Assembly (NCBI GenBank): GCA_020348985.1
Contig: CP070761.1
Location: 2,571,912 to 2,635,911, forward strand
From: Candidatus Thorarchaeota archaeon
GTDB lineage: Archaea; Asgardarchaeota; Thorarchaeia; Thorarchaeales; Thorarchaeaceae
DNA: 64,000 nucleotides
Reading direction: 5' to 3'
The translations under genes and the position numbers were made by a program. The notes under the pieces were generated by a model, which did no database searches, was not told the origin of the DNA, and was given only the letters and a program-made list of their open reading frames with translations. Shown piece after piece: positions 1 to 9,249 of this stretch; position 1 is the stretch's first letter, and the number at the start of each line of letters is the position of its first letter.

Positions 1-1010
1 AAATCCTACTTAGAGGAGCTGAATGGGCTGTCGAAAACGGATTCGGGTGGAAGGAAGACCTTGAACATCAGGAAGCCGGAGGGCGAATAGAATATGCAGA
101 TCCCTCAAAGGTTTCATCTCACGCGAAGGAGAGGGGAATGCGGCAGGTGGGCACATTGGGCTCGGGAAATCACTTCCTTGAGATTCAGGTTGTCGACCAG
201 ATCTATAATGAAGAAGCGGCCTCAGCAATGGGAATAACCCATACAGGTCAAGTGACTGTCATGATTCATAGTGGATCGCGAGGACTTGGTCATCAGGTAT
301 GCAGTGACTACATCAAAATCATGACGCAAGCAATGCGTAAGTATAGCTTGGATCTTCCGGACAGGGAGCTCTGTAGTGCACCCACGACATCTGATGAAGG
401 ACAGGCATATCTAGGTGCGATGAGTGCCGCGGCGAATTATGCGTTTGCCAATAGACAATCGATGCTGCACTGGACTCGCGAGACGTTTTCCAGTATCTTT
501 GGACAAGCACCAGAGGACATTGGGATGCGTCTAATCTATGACGTCGCACACAACATGGGAAAGGTTGAGGAACACGAAATAGAAGGTAAGAGAAGAAAAG
601 TCGTAGTCCATCGAAAAGGAGCAACGCGAGCTTTTCCGCCAGGCCATGAAGAGGTCCCGTCCAAGTACAAGAATATCGGGCAACCGGTCCTGATACCAGG
701 AACAATGGGGACGGCATCGTATATCCTCATTGGGGACAAGCGCGGGATGGACCTGACATTTGGATCAACGGCACATGGTGCTGGCAGATTCATGAGCCGC
801 AGTAGAGCCAAGAAGCAATTCTTTGGGAAAGAAGTGCAGAGCTCGTTAGCAGAAACCGGGATCATTGTCAAAGCAACAAAAGGCATAGTCATAGCCGAAG
901 AAGCACCTGGTGCTTACAAGGACGTAGACGAAGTTGTAAGGGTTTCAGATGCAGTCGGAATAGCTACCAAGGCAGTAAGACTACGACCGATTGGTGTCAT
1001 CAAGGGCTGA
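1..1010 (+). CDS. rtcB: tRNA-splicing ligase RtcB (5'-truncated by window edge)
   Basis: GTLGSGNHF, HSGSRGLGH, YDVAHN, HRKGAT, STAHGAGR and EEAPGAYK motifs; frame is open from base 3. Confidence 0.97.
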   Translation, partial: ILLRGAEWAVENGFGWKEDLEHQEAGGRIEYADPSKVSSHAKERGMRQVGTLGSGNHFLEIQVVDQIYNEEAASAMGITHTGQVTVMIHSGSRGLGHQVCSDYIKIMTQAMRKYSLDLPDRELCSAPTTSDEGQAYLGAMSAAANYAFANRQSMLHWTRETFSSIFGQAPEDIGMRLIYDVAHNMGKVEEHEIEGKRRKVVVHRKGATRAFPPGHEEVPSKYKNIGQPVLIPGTMGTASYILIGDKRGMDLTFGSTAHGAGRFMSRSRAKKQFFGKEVQSSLAETGIIVKATKGIVIAEEAPGAYKDVDEVVRVSDAVGIATKAVRLRPIGVIKG

Positions 1011-1955
1011 TTCTTCATCACGCTCAGTAAGGGCAATATCGGCCAAGACCAAACCCACGCCAAGAATAATCACTACAAATCCGAGCATCGTTAACGCCGT
1101 GGGAAACTCACCCAGAAACACCATTGCCAGTAGTGTCGCACCAATAGGTTCTCCTAGTACTGCGGAGGACACAACATACGCGGGAACTATAGTGAGTAAG
1201 TAGTTGTTCACCGAGTGACCAAGTGCTGTTGGGAAGACCGCCAGTGCCAAGAAGATCATTACCTCGTATGGCTCAAAAACGATGAAATCAGGGGCTGCAG
1301 GAATCCCTGGCACAAATGGAGCTAGAGTAGATGAAAAGAAGAACGTGAACACAGCCGCTACAAGATAGATTGAAGATGTATAGACTGTTATGGGAATCCC
1401 CTTGGCATAGCGCCGCCCCCCTATGAAGTACATCGCGAGAAAGACAGCACCTAGGATGGCAAGGAAATCACCACTGAGTGCCCCAATCCCCTGGGACACC
1501 AAATCACTCCATGCAAGCATGAGAGCTCCTGTAACTGCTCCTATTATACCAATCCATGATCTGCGTCTCAATGCTTCTCCAATCAGAACTGTGGACATTA
1601 TAGCTGTGAAAATCGGAGACGTGTTTACTAGAACTACGCTAGCCGCCACTGTTGTCAAGTCAAGGGAAATGAACCAAGTTGAGAAGTGGAGTGAGAGGAC
1701 TATTCCAATCAGAACCAGCCACTTTCTGTTTGCGCGAAAAGTCTGACTTCTGAAGCCTCCAAGATCCCCGTTTGCTATACCAAGCAATGCCATTACTGCG
1801 GAACCATAAAGTGCCCGCCAGAATACTACAACAATTGCCGGCGAGTTACTAAGTCGGATGAGGATGCTCCCACTTGAAATCATCGAGACTGATAGGAAGA
1901 GGAGCAGAATCACTCGAGTGCTGCCCGTGCTGCTTCCAAGATTCTTCTGTGTCAT
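981..1955 (-). CDS. DMT/EamA family transporter
   Basis: ~10 TM with duplicated EamA halves (NTSPIF, GEPIGA). ATG at 1955 overlaps the upstream stop (track start 1997); 3' end overlaps rtcB by 30 nt. Confidence 0.9.
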   Translation of the reverse strand: MTQKNLGSSTGSTRVILLLFLSVSMISSGSILIRLSNSPAIVVVFWRALYGSAVMALLGIANGDLGGFRSQTFRANRKWLVLIGIVLSLHFSTWFISLDLTTVAASVVLVNTSPIFTAIMSTVLIGEALRRRSWIGIIGAVTGALMLAWSDLVSQGIGALSGDFLAILGAVFLAMYFIGGRRYAKGIPITVYTSSIYLVAAVFTFFFSSTLAPFVPGIPAAPDFIVFEPYEVMIFLALAVFPTALGHSVNNYLLTIVPAYVVSSAVLGEPIGATLLAMVFLGEFPTALTMLGFVVIILGVGLVLADIALTERDEESALDDTNRS

Positions 1956-2467
1956 CCTCGGGAAAGCTCCTCGCTTGTTTGTCCACACTTCACGCATTTC
2001 AGACGACTTTCCCGAACTTCAGCTACTCCTGACAGACATTCATTGCAGTGTCCGACTCTTAAATTCGTAATGTTGATTCCACGGAGAATAGATTCTACCT
2101 CGTCCAAGTCGGTGTACTCAAACAGTGCCTTTCCTGGTGCACCCTTTGCCATGAAGGACAATGGCTTGGATTCCGTCTGCCAGAACATAAGAATCGGTTT
2201 GGACAGTTCAAAGGCAAGCATAATCTCCATCCCGACACCCAGGGAGGGATTAGAGACCTCTGTGATTAGAAGATCGCTCCTACGGACTTCCCTAACATCT
2301 CGTTGGAATACTTCGTCAGGTTCGGCTGCAGGGAGAAACTGCGGTGCAAAGACCTCGACCTCCATTGATCTCAGGATGTCAATGACTAGTTTGTAGAAGT
2401 TGTCTTTGCGAAGCTGGCTGTGAATGATAGGGCCTGATAGATAGGCGAGAACCATGAGAACTAACAC
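1952..2467 (-). CDS. Nucleoside 2-deoxyribosyltransferase/DNPH1(Rcl)-like N-glycosidase with C-terminal Zn ribbon
   Basis: YLSGPI, RDVREVRRSD and EVSNPSLGVGMEI motifs; C-terminal CNEC..CVKC. Confidence 0.8.
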   Translation of the reverse strand: MLVLMVLAYLSGPIIHSQLRKDNFYKLVIDILRSMEVEVFAPQFLPAAEPDEVFQRDVREVRRSDLLITEVSNPSLGVGMEIMLAFELSKPILMFWQTESKPLSFMAKGAPGKALFEYTDLDEVESILRGINITNLRVGHCNECLSGVAEVRESRLKCVKCGQTSEELSRG

Positions 2468-2483
2468 AGGTCAGAGTGGTACT

Positions 2484-2843
2484 TTAGTCTGATGCTCCCG
2501 ATGAACCGTGCTGGAGACCTAATTCAGTCACAGGTGGTATCGACCCATCATCTGGAATTTCATCGTAATGTCCTGACCGTCCTAGCGAAAGCTGAACCTT
2601 TCCTTTCCATTCTTTCGCCCAGCCATCGACTATCTTGATGACTTTTCCTGCTGAAAGAGCCGTCCCCTCACCAAATCCCCATAAGGAGAGGATCAGTGTT
2701 CCAGTTTCGTCCGCAACTAGGACTTCTCTGAGCTGAGTCATTCTGCCAGTCTTTGTTCGGATCATTCGAGGCGGTGCTACTTTCATCACTCTAACAACAA
2801 CATCGGTTACTGGTTTCCCGCCCTGCACCTCGCTCAGCTTCAA
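2484..2843 (-). CDS. Single OB-fold ssDNA-binding protein (crenarchaeal SSB-like)
   Basis: VADETG.LILSLW, GKVIKI.DGW and EWKGKVQLSLGR OB-fold signature. Confidence 0.85.
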   Translation of the reverse strand: MKLSEVQGGKPVTDVVVRVMKVAPPRMIRTKTGRMTQLREVLVADETGTLILSLWGFGEGTALSAGKVIKIVDGWAKEWKGKVQLSLGRSGHYDEIPDDGSIPPVTELGLQHGSSGASD

Positions 2844-2963
2844 CGTTAACGCCTACATTGAACTAACCTACTACATCCAAATGAAACTTGCGGGAAGAAT
2901 TCACTGGGCCCCTGTAGGCACTATACTGTTTGTCCAAAAGGAAACACGAGTCAATACTAGCGG

Positions 2964-4781
2964 CTAGGATTCGTCGTTCTTGGAGCTCTGACTGTCAAGG
3001 CGATTGTTCTCTTCAGATACACCATCATCTGTAGGTACTGTGTCGAGAATTCCCAATGCCCTTTCGAGGTCTGTACGCATCTTATCATCAAGATCTTCCA
3101 ATGGCTCTACCTCGCCGTCTAGAAGTACAACCTCCTCGCAAGAGAACGCTTCGAGGGCTGTTTCGAGTTCTTCTTTGGTTGCCTTTTCAATCTCTTCCGA
3201 TACTAGATCGTCTGCATCAAGAGCCTCCGATATCAGTGCGCGTGCCATCATCGATCCGTTTGATTCATCTGCGCTTGTCTCAATTTCGCTTTCTTCGATA
3301 AGAATAGGAACTGCCTCCTCAACTTCATCGTCAGATATAGTGACTACATCAAAGTCATCAGATGCTTCTACGGGGACCATCTCTGGTGCGATTCCTTCAA
3401 CAACCACATCATCTTCAACAGCATCTTGGACTGGTATCTCGATTTCACGCTCCTCCAAATCGGCTGAAAGCGCAGCATCAACTTCAATGAAGAATTCCTC
3501 AATGGCATCCATTTCTGAGACATCCGAAACAACAGGAGATTCTTCCGTCACAGCCGCCATGTGCTCTACAATCTCTTCTGTTACAAGATCCTCATCGAAG
3601 TGTTCAATCTCATCCTCAGCACCACCAACTTCAGGTACATCGGGGATAACAGAGGGTTCTTCAGCCACTACCTCGACAGGTTCCTCGAAAATTCCCTCGG
3701 CTTCTTCTGAGTCAGGCTCCACATCGACGTACTCAATAACTTCTTCAACGATTTCGTACTCATCTGCGTCCTCAATTATCCGACCATCTTCGTCAACGAG
3801 GATTTCTTCTACAATCTCAACTGTTTCGTATTCCTCTTCAACCTCTTCTTCTGAAACAGCAGAGGCTATTACCGCAGCTGCTTCGACAGCTTCTTCTGAG
3901 AACTTGAGCAGCTCAGAGGCTGGAAGATCAGGCAACGCCACTCCGACATACTGCGCAGCAGCTGTCATTAAGATGCGAAGCATCTCATCTCGACGGCCCT
4001 TGTCAATTGCAACCATTGGATAGGTCGGAATTCCTAATATCTTCTGAACCACCTCAGGTTTCATAGCATTTGGTTTGTCTTGCTTGTTAGCTATTGCGAA
4101 GACAGGAACCTTGGGTGCATCTCGCTTTATCAGTTTGAGAATGTCTTTGCTGATTATCACATTCCTTAGGGTTGAATCGCACACGAGAATGATAACATCA
4201 GCACCGTGGAAATAAAACCGCCAGAGTGTTCGGAATCTCTCTTGGCCTGCGAAATCCCACAGAACGAGTGAGTAGTTGCCGAAACGGATGTTCTCGACAG
4301 TCTCAAGGTTGAGTGCGATTGTAGGAACGTATTGAAGGGGAGGTGTGTCACCCAGGAGGAGATGAAGAGTAGTTGTCTTCCCTGTACCGCCCTCGCCAAC
4401 CAGCGCTATCTTCAGCCTAGTAACCACCGAAGGCTCGATTATCTCCTCGAATCTCTCAAGCACGCTATTTAGATCGGCTCTTTCAATCTCAATAGTAAGA
4501 TCGTGGGCTGCTTTCTTGACACGGTCTTGAGTGCTGAGCTCATCTTCACCCTTGTCTGTGACAAACACAAGAATTGAATCATCATTAACTTCGCTGCCCA
4601 TGAACTTGTTCTGATCGATCACCAGAGGAATATCCTCTAGTGCGTCATGGTTTTCCGCTAGCTCCTCTCTTGTTGAAATGTATTCTTCAATCTCGCTGGC
4701 CCCCACCTCAACTGGCCAGTACTGAACAGATGAGAGAATCTCATTGTCGTCCAGTCGGATAAGGAAGGCATTATGAATCAT
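2964..4781 (-). CDS. Arf-like small GTPase with N-terminal longin-like domain and long acidic C-terminal tail
   Basis: G1 GEGGTGKTT, G2 YVPT, G3 WDFAGQERFRTLWRFYF, G4 NKQDKPNAM; ~120-aa N-terminal domain; ~320-aa E/D/V-rich tail. Confidence 0.88.
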   Translation of the reverse strand: MIHNAFLIRLDDNEILSSVQYWPVEVGASEIEEYISTREELAENHDALEDIPLVIDQNKFMGSEVNDDSILVFVTDKGEDELSTQDRVKKAAHDLTIEIERADLNSVLERFEEIIEPSVVTRLKIALVGEGGTGKTTTLHLLLGDTPPLQYVPTIALNLETVENIRFGNYSLVLWDFAGQERFRTLWRFYFHGADVIILVCDSTLRNVIISKDILKLIKRDAPKVPVFAIANKQDKPNAMKPEVVQKILGIPTYPMVAIDKGRRDEMLRILMTAAAQYVGVALPDLPASELLKFSEEAVEAAAVIASAVSEEEVEEEYETVEIVEEILVDEDGRIIEDADEYEIVEEVIEYVDVEPDSEEAEGIFEEPVEVVAEEPSVIPDVPEVGGAEDEIEHFDEDLVTEEIVEHMAAVTEESPVVSDVSEMDAIEEFFIEVDAALSADLEEREIEIPVQDAVEDDVVVEGIAPEMVPVEASDDFDVVTISDDEVEEAVPILIEESEIETSADESNGSMMARALISEALDADDLVSEEIEKATKEELETALEAFSCEEVVLLDGEVEPLEDLDDKMRTDLERALGILDTVPTDDGVSEENNRLDSQSSKNDES

Positions 4782-4926
4782 CCTTCAAGGTCACCAGCCA
4801 GATTTCACAAGTCAATTGCGAATCAGCAATCCATCTGTGTTGAGATATGGATAAATCGATTGACATGTATCTAATAGTTTGTGGTGTATATGTCCTATTG
4901 AGCGTCTGTTAGACTAGCTCAAATTC

Positions 4927-5200
4927 GTAAGTAGGAGCGGGGCTCGCCCAGCCGAAGCTGATAGTGGCGAACCGTATCCGCATCCGTGACACGCTTTCAT
5001 CGGAGCATGCGAAAGAACTCAGTTCTTTATGCGCAAGTATTGGAGTGGCAATCTCGGGGAAGATGCCACAGGGGACCAATGCTTGGAAACTCGCTAGGGG
5101 GACCGTGCATTGCAGTGCGAGTTTCCATGACGGGGGGAAATCGCACATCCCGATAAGAGCAGTCAACATGAAGAGAGGCATACTGGCCTAATAACCTTAC
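4927..5200. ncRNA. Candidate structured non-coding RNA of unknown family
   Basis: Terminal pairing 4927-4935 with 5187-5200 encloses ~7 hairpins, including a perfect 11-bp stem (5084-5094/5117-5127) and a C(UUCG)G tetraloop on the minus strand (4949-4960). Confidence 0.6.
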
Positions 5201-5245
5201 TCCCCTTCACCTAGTGGAACCGCTTGAACACTAGCCAGGGCAGTT

Positions 5246-6406
5246 TTACCGCGGGAAGTTGTCCCTCAGTAGTCTCAGATGATGGTGGACAAGCTCCATC
5301 TGCTTTGCGTCGTCAGGAGTCTTTTCAAGCTCCACGATTAAAGTCTGAAGGAAGTATTCGGGGAAGAATAATCGCACACGAATATCGTTAAGCAAGAAGA
5401 GCCATTTATCGTACTCGCCAGATGGTCCCTTTCTTCTCTTTTCGGAGACTACTCTGAATTTCTTTAGCGTCTGAACGGCTGTTTTGAGCTCCTTCGGAGG
5501 AATGCCCAGGGTAGCTTCTAGTTCGGATATATTCACTGGCCTACGTCGGAGGACTACTAGCGTGTCGTAGGCATCGGGATCAGCCAAGATTGAAGCAACT
5601 GATACAGTATCCTCAGGTGTCTTTTTCCATTCTGTGAGGAATTCGAGTACCTCTCGTTTGTACTCAGCGGCGAGTTCCGGATCCAGAACCTGATTTGCAG
5701 CCTCCATCGCCATCAGCGGAGGAGCACGGAAGACTTCTAGGTCCTTTATCATGAACACACAGGTCCGGCCAATTTCGTCGACCCATTCACTCTTGACAAG
5801 TCCGAGTTCCTCAAAGGGTGAGAGGATCGAATCGACACTGACGCTTGGAAGACCAGTTACCATCTTCAACCATTCTTCTAGCTCTTCTTTGGATATGCCA
5901 CCCTTCCAGAGCTTCGGAAACACGGCCCTAGAGACTTCCTCTGAAAAGAGACGAGCTAAGCGGCTCTCATCAGCCATTCCCGCGAGCCGGATGATCCTCC
6001 TGTAGGTGTTATCAAGCTCGCCCTGCAGCTCTGCATCAGTCATAGAAATTACTGCATTAGTTATGGGTGAGACGACCGATGTTATGGCCGCCTCAAACAT
6101 CTTGGGGTCTTCGCCTGTTGTAAGAAGCAGTGAGATGCAATACTGCTCCTCTTCACGAACAATACCAGTATAATATGATGCAACTTGGTATTCCTCTCCC
6201 CCAATCCTGACGCTCAGTGATGCAAAACCTGCAGTGGCGTCTCCCATGGCGTGAGATGTGAAGATCCTCATAATCTCTGTGTTCAAGTCCTCTCGGTATC
6301 CATCCGCAAAATTCGCGGGCACCTTAGTCTTGAGGACTGCTCCGATTTTGCTATCCCAATCTATCAACAAGAGGGCTACGGGCAAGTACAGTATCTCCTT
6401 GTCCAT
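5246..6406 (-). CDS. uDENN/longin-domain protein with C-terminal winged helices (NPRL2-like architecture)
   Basis: N-terminal LLLIDWDSKIGAVLKTKVP resembles the uDENN/NPRL2 beta1-beta2 motif (F.EFHPTLGPKITYQVP); two wHTH-like segments (ISKEELEEWL..FEELGLV and VNISELEATLG..LKKFRVV). Confidence 0.6.
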   Translation of the reverse strand: MDKEILYLPVALLLIDWDSKIGAVLKTKVPANFADGYREDLNTEIMRIFTSHAMGDATAGFASLSVRIGGEEYQVASYYTGIVREEEQYCISLLLTTGEDPKMFEAAITSVVSPITNAVISMTDAELQGELDNTYRRIIRLAGMADESRLARLFSEEVSRAVFPKLWKGGISKEELEEWLKMVTGLPSVSVDSILSPFEELGLVKSEWVDEIGRTCVFMIKDLEVFRAPPLMAMEAANQVLDPELAAEYKREVLEFLTEWKKTPEDTVSVASILADPDAYDTLVVLRRRPVNISELEATLGIPPKELKTAVQTLKKFRVVSEKRRKGPSGEYDKWLFLLNDIRVRLFFPEYFLQTLIVELEKTPDDAKQMELVHHHLRLLRDNFPR

Positions 6407-6528
6407 CCGCGGCTGAATTGCGCAACTTATCAGGAAGACACATAATCGAGCATAAAAGGATTGTCACATATCATTCCGCAAAATGAGAATTCTGCCCCTT
6501 TTTTCGACCGAAGTGTCAAGATTCCAAA

Positions 6529-7221
6529 TCATTCGATGACTTGCTTAATTGCTGAGAAAACCTCAAGAACGACAGTTTCCAGCGATTGAGTTGCATCTAC
6601 GACTATGTATGTGCCATGATCTTGTTTGGACATCTCTAAATATGCCAGACGAACACTGATTAGGCGCTCAATCTGCTCGAACTGCTCATTTCTATCGCCT
6701 TCGCGACCAAGTGCCCTCTCCAAGCCCACTTCTGCCGGCAAATCCAGGATGAATATTATGTCGGGCTCGGGAGCGCCGATTTCCTCTCGATTTCGCTCTA
6801 GTATCTCCTGCCAAGGAAGTCCTGTGCTTACTGTCTGGTATGCCCCGGTTGCAAAGAAGTATCGGTCCATCAGTACAACTTTGCCAGCCGCGAGAGCGGG
6901 CAGGATTCTATTAGCAACATTCCACTCGCGATCTCGGATGAACAGCTCCAGTTCTTCAGAAGGCGTTAGCTCGCCCTTAGGCGAACGGGCACGGATTTCT
7001 TTCCCCCACTTGCTCTCGTCTGTTGGTTCCCGGATTCTGGTCACTTGATGACCATCTTGTGTGAGCATTTCTACTACTCGATTACAGACTGCTGTCTTGC
7101 CAGCACCATCCACTCCCTCTAGGACAAACAACCATCCGTTGCGTTCAGCGCTCTCATGACTCATAGAGTGTAATCGCCTGTGTCCTCGACGCGGCGTATT
7201 TGTTTTAGATGCTTTGGTCAC
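6529..7221 (-). CDS. tmk: Thymidylate kinase
   Basis: LEGVDGAGKT P-loop, REP, MDRYF.AYQ and PD.IFILD; real start possibly 7164. Confidence 0.95.
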   Translation of the reverse strand: MTKASKTNTPRRGHRRLHSMSHESAERNGWLFVLEGVDGAGKTAVCNRVVEMLTQDGHQVTRIREPTDESKWGKEIRARSPKGELTPSEELELFIRDREWNVANRILPALAAGKVVLMDRYFFATGAYQTVSTGLPWQEILERNREEIGAPEPDIIFILDLPAEVGLERALGREGDRNEQFEQIERLISVRLAYLEMSKQDHGTYIVVDATQSLETVVLEVFSAIKQVIE

Positions 7222-7307
7222 ATTTTCCGAGCAACGCGTGCAAAGAGAACGTTTAAAGGGAGCTGTAGGTCAACATATCCTACAATAGGACAACCTATCC
7301 TACGAGG

Positions 7308-7844
7308 GTGGCCGAAATGAAGAGGAGATCTTTGTCCATCTTGCCAATTCTGATTGGTATCTGCCTAACTCTTCCGGCCCCAGGTACGGCTGTGCTAGAG
7401 GGGACAAATCATCTTTCTGCAGATGGAATCTCTTTGACAATCGATTTCGGCAACGAAACATCGATGTCTTTCCTTGATCTAAATGCAACCGACGTCCTAG
7501 AATTGATTCAATCTGTGACTGCAGTTGATGTCCTGTGGTATGGAGATCTGGCGTATGTCACAGGAATAGAAGGGATCTCCAACAGCGCATCTGAAGGCAA
7601 ATGGTGGCAATACTGGGTGAACGACGAGCTTGCATCAGTAGCCGCCAATAAATTCCTGTTGCAAGATGGAGACTCAGTGCTGTGGAGTCGTCAAGACTCG
7701 GCCGTGGGTGGGAATGCATCTCCGGATGTAACGATGCAAACCGATACGAGCTTGGTTGCTGGAAGCGCCATTGTCGCAGTCGTAGGATTGTTGTTTCTTG
7801 GTATTCTATATGTCAAAGGATCTAGGAGTGTAATGGCCAATTGA
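7308..7844 (+). CDS. Membrane-anchored DUF4430 (transcobalamin C-terminal-like) protein
   Basis: Signal peptide; YVTGIEGI..WWQYWVN..VAANKFLLQDGDSVLW; C-terminal TM. Confidence 0.8.
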   Translation: MAEMKRRSLSILPILIGICLTLPAPGTAVLEGTNHLSADGISLTIDFGNETSMSFLDLNATDVLELIQSVTAVDVLWYGDLAYVTGIEGISNSASEGKWWQYWVNDELASVAANKFLLQDGDSVLWSRQDSAVGGNASPDVTMQTDTSLVAGSAIVAVVGLLFLGILYVKGSRSVMAN

Positions 7845-8590
7845 AGGGAAGACTTCTACTGGCAGTGTTGATCTGTCTAGGACTAGTGTGTTCTAATGCA
7901 TCTGCGGCAATTGATGACTATAGTCCGCTGCTCACATCCCCAAATGAGAATGTAATCCTGACGTGGAATGTGATAGAAACCCCGGACGTTCCGTTTTCGC
8001 TGTTTTGGGCAGGACAAGGCTTCTGGTTAGCTGAGGCCGGCAGCGAGATGAGCTTCGAGTTGCTGGAACTGCTTGATGATGATGTCGAAGGTATCCTAAC
8101 AGTAGGCAACTTGACTGTGACAGCCAATAACTCGGAGATTGCACAAGACTTTGCGTTGGGGGTATGGGGTCTGACACAGTGGATGCCTGGATTGGTCGTC
8201 AAGGTTGGGGATGATAACCGAAACAATCTCAATGCTACGGCGTACGCTGCAGCGGCCAGGTTGAGTGGCAACTATCTAAATGGTACAATGAATTCCCGCT
8301 ATGAGGTTCTCACAGTTGGCGATTCAGCGTACGATTGCATAGTCTTTGACTATGTGCAAGATCCACCGCTGTTCGGAGAGGCCCAGCAGACTCATCTTGC
8401 CTACGAAATAGAAACAGGAGTCCTTGTCCTCTGCAACACAAGCTATTCGTTCGGTACACCATACTCGCTTGTACTAGAGGTGTCTTCTCTTCCGAGTGCA
8501 TCTCCCGATTTGTTGCTTCTTCTTCAGATTGCTATCTCAGTCACTGGTGTTGTTATTGTTGTGACAATAATCGTCCTGAGAAGACGGTAA
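7841..8590 (+). CDS. Secreted, C-terminally anchored surface protein of unknown function
   Basis: Signal peptide, N-x-S/T sequons, C-terminal TM followed by RRR. Confidence 0.75.
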   Translation: MKGRLLLAVLICLGLVCSNASAAIDDYSPLLTSPNENVILTWNVIETPDVPFSLFWAGQGFWLAEAGSEMSFELLELLDDDVEGILTVGNLTVTANNSEIAQDFALGVWGLTQWMPGLVVKVGDDNRNNLNATAYAAAARLSGNYLNGTMNSRYEVLTVGDSAYDCIVFDYVQDPPLFGEAQQTHLAYEIETGVLVLCNTSYSFGTPYSLVLEVSSLPSASPDLLLLLQIAISVTGVVIVVTIIVLRRR

Positions 8591-8610
8591 TTGGAGTCGA
8601 GGAGATTCTG

Positions 8611-9210
8611 ATGAATCACGAGCGCCGGAGATCTGCAACTTACGGTGCAAGATGGGTGGCGATTGCATCAATAATGAGTGCGCTGGCCCTTGTAGGCAAC
8701 TACTCGCTTGTGGCGGTACCCAATGTCGAGTTGGGGACAACTGTGCTCTTCATCACATCAACGAGCTTTGGACTTCCCATGGGTATTTGGTGCACACTCA
8801 TTATGTCTGTAATCTTTGGAACTATCAATCCTTGGGGACCATTTGTGCCGCAGATTTGGATTACGCAGGTGATAGGTTGGGCATATGTGGCGGTAGCTGG
8901 CGGGCTTGTACGACGGATAGATAGGCCTGCTGGAACGACATACAGAGCTTCCCGCGACTTGTTCATCGTTGGGCTATTCGTGACCGCGATGTTTGATTCA
9001 ATCTCGAACATTGGCTATTCACTGGCATTCTCTGTACCTTACTCTATCGCAATGATCGCGGGCTTGCCTTTCATGGCTGCACATGTGCTTTCAAACGGTG
9101 TGCTCTTTTCACTCGTCATTCCGAGAGTTGAGAGCATAATAGGAAAGGAGTTTGGACCGGCATTATGGAGTGGTACAGTAGAGAGACTTGAGGTGCTTGG
9201 CGAAGAGTAA
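8611..9210 (+). CDS. ECF transporter S component (CbrT-like, probably cobalamin)
   Basis: ~6 TM with VPNVE and AGLPF..AHVLSN motifs; adjacent to DUF4430. Confidence 0.75.
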   Translation: MNHERRRSATYGARWVAIASIMSALALVGNYSLVAVPNVELGTTVLFITSTSFGLPMGIWCTLIMSVIFGTINPWGPFVPQIWITQVIGWAYVAVAGGLVRRIDRPAGTTYRASRDLFIVGLFVTAMFDSISNIGYSLAFSVPYSIAMIAGLPFMAAHVLSNGVLFSLVIPRVESIIGKEFGPALWSGTVERLEVLGEE

Positions 9211-9249
9211 AAAGTGGAACGAAGAAAGAGAAGACGGAGTTCGAAGTAG

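Noticed and set aside
3004-4023. 339-aa Ser-rich ORF on the + strand
   Set aside because: Antisense shadow of the Glu/Asp-rich GTPase tail
4909-5191. Short ORFs 4964..5191 (+) and 4909..5181 (-)
   Set aside because: No convincing family motif (only a faint uS10-like look); pervasive base-pairing explains the interval better
4927-5210. Identification of the structured element as RNase P, SRP, 5S rRNA, tmRNA or group II intron
   Set aside because: No GAGGAA.UCC/ACAGAA P4 pair, no SRP helix-8 CAGG..GGAA..AGCA, no T-loop and no proper domain V. Patchy 5S-like words (CCGTATCCGCATCC, AGTATTGGAG..GGGAA) lack the CCGAAC loop and helix I
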